Positions 23,016 to 34,332 of a stretch of 64,000 bases of DNA are shown here, piece after piece. Position numbers and translations under genes: made by a program. This stretch comes from Fimicolochytrium jonesii (Eukaryota), in the NCBI RefSeq assembly GCF_025526975.1, contig NW_026515686.1:1-64000 (forward strand), read 5' to 3'. Positions within the stretch are counted from its first letter, which is position 1; every line of letters begins with the position of its first letter. Below the pieces are notes generated by a model. That model was not told the origin of the DNA. It did not search any database and was given only the letters and a program-made list of their open reading frames with translations.

Positions 23016-24905
23016 ATGTCACCGGACCAATCCCAGCTACTGCTCTTCACTCCGGCTCCCGCTGCAGAATCCTCGCAGTCTCAGTCTCAGTTCCAGGCCG
23101 GGCAAATCCCCATTGAGAAGGAGTTCATCGACCTCTTTGCAAGCAACGACCAGGAACCGCCGCGTCTCAGTTCCCCAACGCGATCAGAAAGATGCGTCCA
23201 CTGTCCCTCTATACCCACGCTTACCTGCGCGCACTGTTATCCGCTCCACGGTGTTTGCGGCCCCTGCTACGACGAGCGCCATCGCGGCAAACGAAAAAAC
23301 CACACTCGCATCCCAATCCCCTGCCAAATCTGCAGCAAGGATCCCATCGCTGTCCACTGTCGCGACTGTCCCGCTGAAGCCGGCCACTGTGGGGTGGGTT
23401 TGTGCAAGCCGTGCTTCGAGATGGACCATTGTGTGGAGACAAATCTAGATGTATGGCAGCAGAGATGTACCCATCTCCTCGACATTGGGGGGGGGAAAGC
23501 GGTGACTGCGGAGACGTATTGGAACGGCGGAGGTCCTCCAGTGCGCACGTTGAAGAGCACTGCCTCCGAGATTTGGACCTTTGTGGACTCACATGAAGCG
23601 CCAGCGGGCGAAGGGTGGTTGATTGAAGCTATCACGGACGAGATGGACTCGGGCGACGCGTCGGGCAAAGCGAGCGCAGACGCGGCGAGCTCGGGTGAAC
23701 CGAGCGCAGACGAGGCGAGCTCGGGTGAAGCGAGCGCAGACGAGGTGTCGGAGGAAGGGAGCTCGGACGAAGCGAGCGCTGGCGAGGGGTCGAGCTCGGA
23801 CGACGGGAGCGCTGGTGAGGTGTCAAAGAAGGCGGGCGCTGGGGAAGTGTCGAGCATTGGAAAAGCGAACGCTGTCGAAGCGTCGAGCTCGGGCGAGGTG
23901 TCGAAGGAAGTGGGCGCTGACGAGGAAGCGAGCTCGGCCGACTCGGACGAGGACGAAGGGAGCTCGGACGAAGGGTGCGCTGGTGAGGGGTCGAGAGAAG
24001 GTAGTGCTGGGGACGTGTCGAGCTCAGGCGAGGCGAGCGCTGGTGAGGTGTCGAAGGAGGCGGGCGCTGACGAGAAAGCGATCCCGGTCGAGGTGTCGAA
24101 GAAAGCATCGAAGAAAGCGACCAAGAAATCAAGCGTCGGCGAGGTGTTGGACGGAGCGGGAACTGCTCAGAAGCGTAAACGTCAGCGCGGCGCCGCCTTT
24201 GATGCGTCGACGACGACTGCCGCGGTACCGGAAGAGAAGGAGAAATCGAAAGTGAACATGAACGCAGTCGCGGCCAACTCCAAACCAAACTCTCCACCGG
24301 TCATGAAACGTGTACGTAAGCGCGACGCCGGCCCCACCGCCGCCGCTAACGCAGTGAACATGGACGAAGCCGTTCCGGCGAACGAACCAGATGTTGAACG
24401 CTGGAAACCCAAGAAACGCAAACGCGCCAAATCCGCCACCTCAATTGCGGCCGTAACCGCCGCCTCAACCCAAAAGCCAACCCCAACGCCAATCCCAACG
24501 CCAATCCCAACCCTAATCCCAACGTCAACCCCAGCGCCAACCTCAACCTCAACCTCAATGTTAACCCCGAGGCCGATGCCGACCCCTATCTCGACCGAAG
24601 CCACTGTCTTAGAGGCGAGTTTGAACCGGATTCGGCGGGCGCGTCATGAGCTCTGTGGATCCTACCTCTCTTCTCTGGAAAGCTCCGTAGGCATTGTTTA
24701 CTACACACCATGGAAGACGGTGCGAGCGCCGACAAAGTCAGCAGCAAAGCCCAGGAAAGGCCAGAAGTCCAAGAAGGCGAAGCAGCCCACCCAGGCAACG
24801 CAGCCCAGCAAATTCAGCAAGGTGGAGCAAGTCCCCCAACCCGGAAAGTCCACCATGTCAACAAGCAAACATGGTCAGCCAAGGAAACCCGCTGGTTTTA
24901 GATAG
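23016..24905 (+). CDS. Protein with two B-box-like zinc fingers, an acidic S/E/A/G repeat region and basic NLS-like segments
   Basis: CVHC..CAHC...CGPCYDERH....NH and CQIC..CRDC...[10 protein letters not shown]...H. Tandem [14 protein letters not shown] repeats. Confidence 0.65.
   Translation: MSPDQSQLLLFTPAPAAESSQSQSQFQAGQIPIEKEFIDLFASNDQEPPRLSSPTRSERCVHCPSIPTLTCAHCYPLHGVCGPCYDERHRGKRKNHTRIPIPCQICSKDPIAVHCRDCPAEAGHCGVGLCKPCFEMDHCVETNLDVWQQRCTHLLDIGGGKAVTAETYWNGGGPPVRTLKSTASEIWTFVDSHEAPAGEGWLIEAITDEMDSGDASGKASADAASSGEPSADEASSGEASADEVSEEGSSDEASAGEGSSSDDGSAGEVSKKAGAGEVSSIGKANAVEASSSGEVSKEVGADEEASSADSDEDEGSSDEGCAGEGSREGSAGDVSSSGEASAGEVSKEAGADEKAIPVEVSKKASKKATKKSSVGEVLDGAGTAQKRKRQRGAAFDASTTTAAVPEEKEKSKVNMNAVAANSKPNSPPVMKRVRKRDAGPTAAANAVNMDEAVPANEPDVERWKPKKRKRAKSATSIAAVTAASTQKPTPTPIPTPIPTLIPTSTPAPTSTSTSMLTPRPMPTPISTEATVLEASLNRIRRARHELCGSYLSSLESSVGIVYYTPWKTVRAPTKSAAKPRKGQKSKKAKQPTQATQPSKFSKVEQVPQPGKSTMSTSKHGQPRKPAGFR
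23648..24110 (+). repeat. Coding minisatellite (15/30-bp units, e.g. GCGAGCGCAGACGAGGCGAGCTCGGGTGAA)
   Basis: Repeated GCGAGCTCGG, GCGCTGGTGAGG and GTGTCGAAG blocks encode the acidic region. Confidence 0.75.
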
Positions 24906-25066
24906 AGGGTGACACCCCCATGTTATCCGACGTTTTCTTTAGGCAGGTTCATGATGTTTGAGTTAAATAGAGACTTTTAGATAGATTCCTTCGCATCCCA
25001 CGGAGGCTGATTCCCCGACGTTATCCGACTTTGTATTTAGTTTATGCCAAATTAACTTTCAAGGCT

Positions 25067-25920
25067 TTATCCCGTATTACCTACCTCCTGCCCAAAGTCT
25101 GCCAGCAACTCCCAGCTCGTCCAGGTACTCGCCGCAGTCCCACGCACAACGGGCAAGTCGTTGATGATCACATACGCGTTATCGCTGCTGTCAAGAACGA
25201 GATGGGACGTCGACCATGAGTTGATCGGGAACGGGATCGCCGTTTTGTTGAACCCGCCCGCCATACGGGGCACGAGGTAGCTCTGGCCTTTCGCGATGCG
25301 GTCGTTCGCCCAGTTCGTTGAACATAAGGAAGAGATTGGGGGCACATAGGAGGTGGATGTGTACGGGAGGCCCGTTTTGTACGCGACCACGGGCGTGCCC
25401 TCTGTGTCCATCAACACCTGGTCGATCCCGATCGTGTCGATGTCGACGTTGGTGTCGTCGACGCGGAACGTGGGCGTGCCTCCCGTGACTCCGATCTGCG
25501 GCTTTTTCCAGGTGTTGAAAGCCCTTCCGTAATCGTTGGAAACGATGTACATAGAATGTGTCGTGGTTCGCTAGCCCGCCGGGATTGCACAAAAAAGCGA
25601 AGTGTCGCTCTCGCGGAAGGTTCCATAGACATGCAACGTGTTCTCCACATCATACGCATATCCGTGCGGGATGAAACTGTGGAAGACCGTGCTCGTCTTG
25701 CCCCCCCGGTGTTGTGTACGAACCCGTGTTGGATGCATACGTTCCCATCGCCGTCCATGCGTTCTTGGTGCCGTTGTAAGTCGCGATGTTGGGCGTCGTC
25801 GCGTTGGTTGCGCGGCCGACCGGTAGAACAGTTGGAGCGCGTTGTTCGGGGTCGTCACAAACTGCGGGTAGGAAAGCACGCTTTCAAGGGCAACGTTGCC
25901 GAGTAGGGTTGTGCTCATCG
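25067..25920 (-). pseudogene. BNR-repeat (BNR_4-like) protein pseudogene
   Basis: LSYPQFVTTPNNALQLFYR, HGYAYDVENTLHVYGTFRE, NHDTFY and IVSNDYG, IDQVLMDTEGTP, LVLDSSDNAYVI are spread over different frames with stops. Confidence 0.6.
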
Positions 25921-26253
25921 CACCGAATTTCTGGCCCACTTTTGCCAACGCAAGAGACGCAAGGGCTCTTTCGCAATTGCCAACCTTTTGCGCTGAATCT
26001 GCCGTTTTGTGAAGGGTACACAGTTGAAGCGTTGCTTTTGTGGCTGCCGTTCCCATTGTCTTCTGGAACAAAGTGCCTACTTACGGACTTCGGTTGTCTC
26101 TTGCAGCATGTTGGCTCGCATTTTGAGCATTGGACAGCGTTGGGACCCAGGTTGGGACCTCGCATCGTCAGAGGTCGCCGATGGCTCGGCTGTAAAACGC
26201 CAGCCCCACGCCGTGCCCCAGTGGGTGCAACTCCCAACGCGTTACCATGTCCG

Positions 26254-26278
26254 CCCTAACCCCTAACCCTAACCCCTA
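26254..26278. repeat. Interstitial telomeric repeat (CCCTAA/CCCCTAA)
   Basis: CCCTAACCCCTAACCCTAACCCCTA. Confidence 0.8.
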
Positions 26279-26512
26279 CGACACTTCTGGCAAGTCGTCG
26301 GAAGCCGTCCAAAGATGTTATGTTGCGCGTCGATCGAAGTTCGAAACTCTCGAACAGCTCCCTTGCAAGATCGCCTCGGACCCATCAGCATCGGCATTCC
26401 CCTCGCAAAGTTGGAGCACCGCACTACAAGGTATCAGCCTTTTGTCCCTTTGTACTTCACCCACACCCTGCTTGAATGCCACGCTTACAGTCTTCCCCTT
26501 CCCGGAGCAGCA

Positions 26513-27013
26513 ATGCCTCGAGTCACTCGCGTCGGAGGAATGCCTCGAATCAGTTGCGTCACCTGTGCAAAAGTATTCAGCAAGGAGTATGATTGTGTGG
26601 CGCACGAGTTCTTCTGTTCAGACATGTCAAGCACTGAGGCGGCAAGCACTGAGGCGGCAAGCATTGACCCGGCAAGTGTACGGCCCGGAGTACCACCCAA
26701 CTACAGCTACACCTGCAACTGCAAAAAAGTCTTCCCGTCCGAGCTGACTCTCTGGCAGCATCGGCAAGGTGGTACACACTGCAGCAAATGCAGGGGCGCC
26801 GCATACCTAGAAACGGAATGCCGGGGGAAACTTGAGTTTCACCAGACGACGGGTTGGGGAACGCGGTTCAAGTGTCGCAGGTGCGGAAGAGTGCAGACCG
26901 AATATTGGCCAAGATCGGTCACCGTTCCGCCGGAGTCTGAGAGATGCGAATATTTTGTGGATAGAAAACCGTGCTACGGCTGCGAAGGCACCGGGAAGCG
27001 ATGTTGGATCTAG
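26513..27013 (+). CDS. Small Cys-rich multi-zinc-finger protein
   Basis: CVTCAKVF.....HEFFC, CNCKKVF......QH, CSKCRG, CRRCG, CYGCEGTG. Internal 15-bp (STEAA) and 27-bp repeats. Confidence 0.5.
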   Translation: MPRVTRVGGMPRISCVTCAKVFSKEYDCVAHEFFCSDMSSTEAASTEAASIDPASVRPGVPPNYSYTCNCKKVFPSELTLWQHRQGGTHCSKCRGAAYLETECRGKLEFHQTTGWGTRFKCRRCGRVQTEYWPRSVTVPPESERCEYFVDRKPCYGCEGTGKRCWI

Positions 27014-29405
27014 TAGAACCGTCACTCCGCACAGGCGCAACATACCCGCCCGCATTCATCGGATGTGCTAGATGTTCCCCGTCCTGATTTCCCTCCCCAC
27101 TCAGTGACCAGTTCTCGCCCGAAAGGAAGCTCGTCACTGTTTCCGTTATCTCAGACCCTTCATCTTCATAGAACATTTGTACATGTACATAGATCAACGT
27201 CTTAGGGAATCGGGACGCGTTCATTCAATTCCAATCAAAAGAGTACGTCCGCTCTTATATCCCTAATTCCCCCTTGCTCCCTCGCGTTGAACATCTTCTG
27301 GGGCGCAATGATATGCGAATGCTTCTCGACATGGGGGGACGATTACGATGCTCTAGGGGTTTGGTTCATTTACTTCTGCTGACTGGAAAATACAGCGCTC
27401 ACTGACGCAAACATGCAAAAAGTCGTGGTAAAATGGTGAACATCTCGTGCGACATCTCATAAAGCAAAAAATGTACCTAGCTGCAATGAGCAGCCTACGT
27501 CCGCGGGCATGGTACAGAAAACTCCATAGCCCTTGAGAGAAGCACGCCGTATTAGCCCCAGTTCGATCACAGGAAGCCGCAGCAATCCTTTGTACGTTCC
27601 CATTTGGCTATAGGACATTGGTGAATTGATAGACGTTAGGTGGTCCAAAAAGACCACCCTCTGCCTTGTTAGTCGGTATTCGGTCCATGATTGAGGGAAG
27701 GCAGACGCCTCAAATCCGGAAGCAATTACGCTCGCGTCTTCAAGGCGCGCCCATCTGATATATCCATCAAAGACGGTGGCGCTGTCGGTCGCAAGGCTCG
27801 TCGTCCGAGTTGTGGTCTGGATTGTCGTCGTTGCGTCTCCGCTTCCTAATCGCGAGGGCTAGTCTCCCCGGCGCTTCCTCTATGTGTTTCCTTAATTTCG
27901 CGTTATATGCATCCACTTCCTTCAGCTGTCTGCGGGCATCTTCCAGTTAGGTGCGCGTTCGCTCATGTTTGCGCCTCGCGGCCTGGCAAGCAACGGCGCT
28001 CATCTGCCGCAATGCGGCCAGGTGTGCGGCGGCGGTCATATCAGGAAAGATAACCTACCAACTAGCACTGCCAAGTCATTTCCTACCATCCTTACAACAC
28101 TCGCTCACAAGCAAGAAGACGAGCCATGGATCAAGCTACCGCTTAGGCCCAAGGGGGCATGGTTAAAAGCCTGGCGTCTTGGGGAATGATGCTGGTGGGG
28201 ACTTTGCATTCTCACGAGCTCCCAGCTTCAGTCTCAATCTTCTTACAGCAATCTAGAATATCAGAGTCAGTAAACACTTCACTCACATCATCCCCACACT
28301 TCATACGTCAACGATTTCCCAACCAACCTTCTTTGATTCGCGCCTCGCTTGAGCCAATCATCTACATTCTGCCCTTTGCGCTAACACATCCCAACGTTTC
28401 AGCAACCTCGCCATTGCCGCACACAACACACTGTACGTTACGCTCTAGGGTAGGGACACAATGTGCGCTGTGTGTCGGAGCGTCTCGCAGTCGCGTGAAC
28501 GAGCGAGGGAAAGATATAAACGTCAAATGTGGGTGCCTTTTGGGTTGCATAACAATTCAATTGATTGAGTGGCGAGTCGTCAAAGTTCTGAACGGGCATT
28601 GTGTGTAATCAATAGGTCAGAATAAGAAAGGTCTGCTCTAGTGGATCCGTGAGAGAGATTTTCGAAGGAAACTGACCAGTGATATACGTTTGGAAACTCC
28701 ATCGGCCTCCGTTGGGGGTGGAGACGTCGTTATTTACATGCTTACCTCAGGTGTGCACCTCATTCGAGTCTTGACGGGATTGCGTTATTATCCAACAGCT
28801 CTTGATAGGGACTCTTAACAAGCCTCCCTATACTCCTCGAAACTTCGCATTACATTTTGTACGAAGAAGAAAAAGAGGTGCACTGCCCTTGGTCAACAGA
28901 GCAGCAGGTTTGCAATCAGACCAACGCTGCGTGTGCGTTCTTTTGAAATGAAAGTATTCAACACCGCGCCAGAGTTGGGACCACCCTTTCGAATTGACGG
29001 ATATACGAAGAGCCCCGCGGCATCGAAACATATCTGAGCGCGACCCACACCTCAGTCCCACAGATTTTTTCTGCCAGATTGGAGCATAGCGCGGCTAGTC
29101 GGTAGAACGCATCCTCCTCGCCTTTGACCTGTCATGTTGGCATATGTCGGTGGTGGTCTGGCCGTCTTGGGCGTCGGAGGTTCCAGGGGTCCCCAAATGC
29201 TGTCAAAAAGACGCGCTGTCAGAAACGAAAGCCATTTGTCATCTTAGCGGTTGTTGCCTCGTCTCGCTGGTCATGTCCTCCAGAGCTCGGAAAGGCCGTC
29301 CGTCATCTCGCGGGCATTCCACACGTCCCCAAACCCCGCATAAAAGGCTGCAACTACCCACCCGGCCGCCCCGTCTCTCAACGCTCTGACTCTCACTCAG
29401 CTCTT

Positions 29406-31050
29406 ATGTCCATAACTTCCCCACTGCTCCCACTCCACACAAAGTCATCTTTGCTCACCGCAAGAACTGCAACCGCACTCCCGCACTTAGCATCAGCATC
29501 TCGCACGCAACAACTTCGCACCCCCCTCACTCACATACCCCGCAGCCAAGTCTCCCTGCACCGCAAAATGATCACCACCACCGTCCCCAAGACAATGCGC
29601 GCCATCCTCGTCCCCAAAACAGGCGGCCCAGAAGTCCTCACCTACACAGACACCCAGCCAACACCCACACCCCTCGACAACGAAGTGTTGGTCAAGAATG
29701 AATACGCTGGGGTCAATTTCATCGATACGTATTTCAGGACGGGGCTGTATAAGGCGCCGACTGGGCTGCCGATGATTATTGGACAGGAGGGTGTTGGGAA
29801 GGTTGTCGCGGTTGGAGGTGGTGACGTTGAGGGATTGAAGGTCGGCGATGAGGTTGTCTGGCTCAAGTCTGGTACGTGAACGACCGAAGGGAGTGAGTGC
29901 GTCTTCTTTGCGCAAACGAGTTCAAGCGGCAGGGAGCGCGACGAGCGAAGGGAGCGCAATGTATACCGAGCGTTAGCGAGGATGAACGGGGGAAGTGCGA
30001 GCGTAGCGATTTTCGTACGCTGAAGCAGCGATCCTCTCGCTTACGCCTGTCAGGCCACCTCAGCGAAGATCGGATATTTGCGAGCGAAGCGAGCGTCGGG
30101 GTTCTCGGCAATTTCCTTAATCGGCCGCTGAACGCTTCGAAATCTCGTTCGACATTTTCTCTTTCGGCGGCGGTGGTTGTCCACAGTTCGAATCTCGACG
30201 GGCGGCTTTGTCGCTTGCTGTGTATCTTTCTCACCCGCCCTCTTCAATAATTCTTAGGAGCCTACGCAGAATACACTGCCGTCCCCGCAACCCGGGCCCT
30301 CAAATTCCCCCCCGGCATCCCGCCACAGACCGCCCTCGGCGCATTCATTATGGGTCTCACATCCTTAGCCCTCGTCAACGAATCCCATCATATAAAAAAG
30401 GGCGACAAAGTCCTCCTCCACGCCGCAGCCGGCGGCGTCGGCCTGCTCATGTGCCAGCTCCTCAAATCTTTCGGCGCCATCACCATCGGCACGGCCTCCA
30501 CCGACGAAAAGTGTGCTCTTGCCAAGGCGAACGGCGCGGATTTCATGATCAATTACACCAAGGATAAGGAGTGGGTGAAGGAGGTAATGAGACTCACATC
30601 GGGCGAGGGCGTGGATGTGGTGTATGATTCGGTGGGGAGGACGACGTGGGAGGGATCGTTGGAGGCCGTGAAGAGGAAGGGAGAAGTTATCTTCTTTGGG
30701 AATGCTAGTAAGTATCGCGTCAACCACCGTTTTCATTTCTCGAAAGCCTTATTCTGCGCCTTGCCATCTAACTCCCACCTTCCGTCTGTTTCGTTAAAGG
30801 TGGCCCAGTCCCACCAATCGACCTACCCCTCCTCGCCGCCAAAAACACCAAAATCATGCGCGCCGCGCTGTTCCAATACATCACTACGCGTGAAGAGTTC
30901 GCGTTCTACTCCAACTGGCTCTTCGATTTGCTGAAGGAGGGAAAGTTGAATGTGAAGATTCATGGCGTTTATCCGTTGGAGGAAGCACAAAGGGTGCATA
31001 GGGAGTTGGAGGGCCGAGGAACGACGGGCAAGTTGTTGCTCAAGTTGTGA
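29406..31050 (+). CDS. NADPH:quinone oxidoreductase (zeta-crystallin/QOR, MDR family); exons 29406(or 29568)-29871, 30258-30707, 30800-31050
   Basis: GGPEVL, AGVNFIDTYFRTGLY, GAYAEY, LHAAAGGVG, GVDVVYDSVG, FGNASGPVPP, RGTTGKLLL. Introns 29872-30257 and 30708-30799. The upstream in-frame ATG adds a presequence-like extension. Confidence 0.95.
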
Positions 31051-31580
31051 GGAGTATGAGGAGCTGTTTTGGAACGGGTTCTGCTTCAGGACAGGTATCA
31101 TCGATGTGAGTGAAGAGGCGGGGGTCATGGCGCCCGTCCTGGACTATTGCAAACGGGAGTTTTGTAGTGAGGTACGGCCCGCTTCAGATGGGCTACATTT
31201 GGGATTCAACACTGGTTCTGCCGCACTTCCTGCCTGATACCCATATGTAGCCATATACATAGGAAAAGAAACAAACGTGCGGCGTACAGTGCTTCATATC
31301 TTCTTGTCAATTTATTCTGTATCTGAATGATTCACCAAAAGGAGGAATGCTTTATATGATCGTGACAACAAAAAGCCGACGAACTGACATCTGACGAAGC
31401 CCTATGGGAAGGATTCTCAGAGCAAATACCGCCAATTCCCACCTGATGGTCCTCGCGCCAACACAGTAGGTTCTATGAACGACGCCTCTGAATACATCAC
31501 ATACATATAATGTATAAGAAGCATCTTCACCCCAACCCCCGCACTGTACAGCATTATCCCACCGTCCTGCAATCGTTCAC

Positions 31581-32948
31581 TCACCCAGGTACCCCCTTCA
31601 CCAACCTTCTCACCCAGATAACCGCCGCCACAATCCTCATAATCCCATCTCTCAGCCACGCCCTGAAACCGCCCATCGTATTCATCCCCGTGCCTCGTAC
31701 ACTAAATGCAATCACCTCCTTCCCCCTCGCAAACATCTTCGCATGATACGCTCCCATTGCCACTGGTACATCCCCGCCGTCTTTCAAAACCTTCTTGATA
31801 GCGTCCGCGAGTTCAATGGCGTCCCGAAAAGCGGTGTTGGCGCCCAATCCGCCGTGTGTGGTCGTTGCGTGGGCTGCGTCGCCGAGGAGGACGATGCGGG
31901 TGGGCGGTGTGGGAAGGTCGCCGGGAATGCGGGTTGACCGGGACTGTAGGCTCTCAGGGTCGTGCGATGATGAGGCTAGCATACCCGTTGCTGGGGTGGC
32001 GCGCAGGAGGGCGACGATGGACGGATGGTAGTTATGTCGGGTGGTGATGGAGAGGCAGTAGTCGTGTAAAATCTGTTTGACTTTGATCGTGGACGTGGTC
32101 GGGTCAAGCATCCGCTGCGTAAGTTCCGCCATTTCGTCCTGCCCAGGTTTTCGCGTGACGACCCACGCCAAGATGGGTTCGAGCGTCGCCGGGTCCCTTG
32201 AGCGTATGAACAGCATGCTGCCCCCGTTACGGTCCAGCGCGCGGACGAGACTACTCTTGTTCTCGCCGTCCAATACTGCGCGTCGCAGTTTGCATTCGGG
32301 GTCATCCCACCCGGTAATGTCGGCCAGCGGGAGTGCACCCGCGATGTTGAGCACGCCGAGAGCTTCGTACTTGATTTGCGGATACAGGCGTTTGCGTACT
32401 GGTGAGTGCCCTCCGTCTGCGCCGACGAGGATGTCGACTTTGCCCGTCGTGGTGCCGTCGTCGAATTGGCCTACCACTTTGGTGCCGTCGTCGGTGACCT
32501 CGTACTCCAAGAACCGCTTGCCGTATACGATCCCCGCGTTCTGCCCATCCCCTTGTTGGTTCTGTAACAGCCCCTCTGTCAACCCCTCCCGCAACAACAC
32601 CCTATTCACAGTCCCCCCCAGCTCCTCATCCTCCTTCTTCCCCGACACATTCGTTCCAAACTTCACCAAGACATCCAACCTCGGGTCCGTCAGCGACACC
32701 GTCCTGACTGGACAATCGTCAAAGATATCATGTTTGGTGAGCAGCGACGGGCACGCGGCGATGAGCGCTTTGTACCCGTCGGCGTTGATCCCGATCGCGT
32801 AGCCTTGCCCGCGGGCGCTGGGGGCCGAGTCACGTTCGTAGACGGTGACGGAGAGGCCGGTGGAGTGAAGGGCTTGGGCGAGACAGAGACCGCCGAGGCC
32901 GCCGCCGATTATGGCGATGGATTTTGGGGGTGTATAGGTTGGGGTCAT
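31581..32948 (-). CDS. FAD-dependent monooxygenase (UbiH/FAD_binding_3 type), intronless
   Basis: IIGGGLGGL Rossmann motif, DILVGADGGHSPVR, LLGDAAH...GGLGANTAFRDA. Confidence 0.93.
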   Translation of the reverse strand: MTPTYTPPKSIAIIGGGLGGLCLAQALHSTGLSVTVYERDSAPSARGQGYAIGINADGYKALIAACPSLLTKHDIFDDCPVRTVSLTDPRLDVLVKFGTNVSGKKEDEELGGTVNRVLLREGLTEGLLQNQQGDGQNAGIVYGKRFLEYEVTDDGTKVVGQFDDGTTTGKVDILVGADGGHSPVRKRLYPQIKYEALGVLNIAGALPLADITGWDDPECKLRRAVLDGENKSSLVRALDRNGGSMLFIRSRDPATLEPILAWVVTRKPGQDEMAELTQRMLDPTTSTIKVKQILHDYCLSITTRHNYHPSIVALLRATPATGMLASSSHDPESLQSRSTRIPGDLPTPPTRIVLLGDAAHATTTHGGLGANTAFRDAIELADAIKKVLKDGGDVPVAMGAYHAKMFARGKEVIAFSVRGTGMNTMGGFRAWLRDGIMRIVAAVIWVRRLVKGVPG

Positions 32949-33548
32949 GTTCTTGGTCGTTTTGGTGCAAGTGCGCTACGGTGATGGGGTCGGACTGCTG
33001 CGCTGCCTGCCCTGCACATATATGTAAGTGTTCTGTTGTGTCGCTCACACTTCCCATGTGATATCCCCGCTGTCCTGGCGCCGTACATTTTGTTTCTTCA
33101 ATGGAAGCAACGTTTACACGCTTTGCGTTCTCGGTCCAAGGGGAACTTTCGACGTGTAAGGCTTTCAGTGGATTGTTCGGAATTTGGCACCTCCGTCACT
33201 CCGCGCTAGTCTCTGTTGTCAACTGTAGCGTCACGCGACGGGAGACGTATTTTGACAGCCATTCTCAATTTGGAGGTTAGGAACCGAACTGTGCGAACGG
33301 AAGTGTTGGATGCGAGGGCTTGCGGTCGATGCCGATGTTCATTGCGGAGCGAACAATTTATGATCAGACATGGGTGGAGTTATTGCATCGCTCTTATTGT
33401 TGCAAGTGTAGTCCGCCACCGTTCCGTGGCCACCTCTGCTGTATGCAAAGAAGGTTCACCTCGTTCGAGACCACATCGGGCACGACCACATGCCACGCAT
33501 ATGTGTCTTCACCGAAATGTAATTGCAACGCTAATACCTGACACCGAA

Positions 33549-33620
33549 GCCTCTTTAGCTAAGTGGTATAGCGTCTGCCTCGTAAGCAGAAGGTCGCGTG
33601 TTCGATCCTCGCAGGAGGCA
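33549..33620 (+). tRNA. tRNA-Thr (CGT)
   Basis: Cloverleaf with anticodon arm TCTGC-CTCGTAA-GCAGA, GTTCGATC T-loop and downstream T-runs. One T-stem mismatch. Confidence 0.92.
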
Positions 33621-34332
33621 TGAAGTTTTTGCCTTTTTGTTCCCGACATCACTCCTGTTTTGCAACAGTCATCGATTTTTGCAGAGGACATCCCCATGGA
33701 AAGAAAAAGCAGAGACAGGCAGATAAACGGAGAAACGACAAGGATCGCATGAGCGAGCCCAAGCAGATTTGTGTACTGCTGACATACGGCGCAACGCAGG
33801 GAGGAGGGTTGAGCGTATATATAGCGAGTACGGGTCGAACGGGCACATCCATTAGGCAAGCATGTCCACCGTTGTTTGAGCGTGGCTAGCCAAACAGCCC
33901 CCATTTGCGAAAGTCTGCATTAGATTCCGCCTCATTCCTTTACGATAAGCTTGGCCGCATTGACGTGCGAACAGCGCACATCGCTCGCCGGAGAAAGAGC
34001 GACCAGGAGCAACAAGAACGAGAGAAGGTCAAGATGCCAAAAGTCAAGAATGTTTGCGCGGTATCAGATATATGGTATTTTGTAAGCTCAAAAAGGTCGC
34101 ATCAGAAAGAAGGTCTAAGGTATGTAGATACAAGAAGGGGGAAAATCTAAAGACAGGATGGGTATGCCCGTATGTACAGGATGAAGACAAAAGCCGGTCT
34201 GTACCCAAGAAACGGTCGCTCAACCTAAATTGCCCGTGCTAAGGGCATCCTACACTGCACAATCGCCCCGTTGGTGTGAATATACGTCCGTATGTCATCG
34301 GAAGGTGGGATGCAGGGCATAGGGCGGGCGAT

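Noticed and set aside
23648..24110. Repeat array considered as CRISPR-like
   Set aside because: Degenerate in-frame coding repeats with no constant repeat/unique spacer pattern; eukaryotic context and no cas genes.
23267..24297. Long alternative-frame and antisense ORFs, and GAAGCGAGCG-like words resembling the intronic hairpin
   Set aside because: Produced by the coding minisatellite (EASA/EASS codons). They lack the CGA-NN-GNA-N'N'-GAG symmetry.
27360..28600. Scattered protein-like fragments on the - strand (e.g. QLKEVDAYNAKLRKHIEE)
   Set aside because: No continuous frame or recognisable family.
32077..32802. 241-aa + strand ORF
   Set aside because: Antisense shadow of the FAD monooxygenase.
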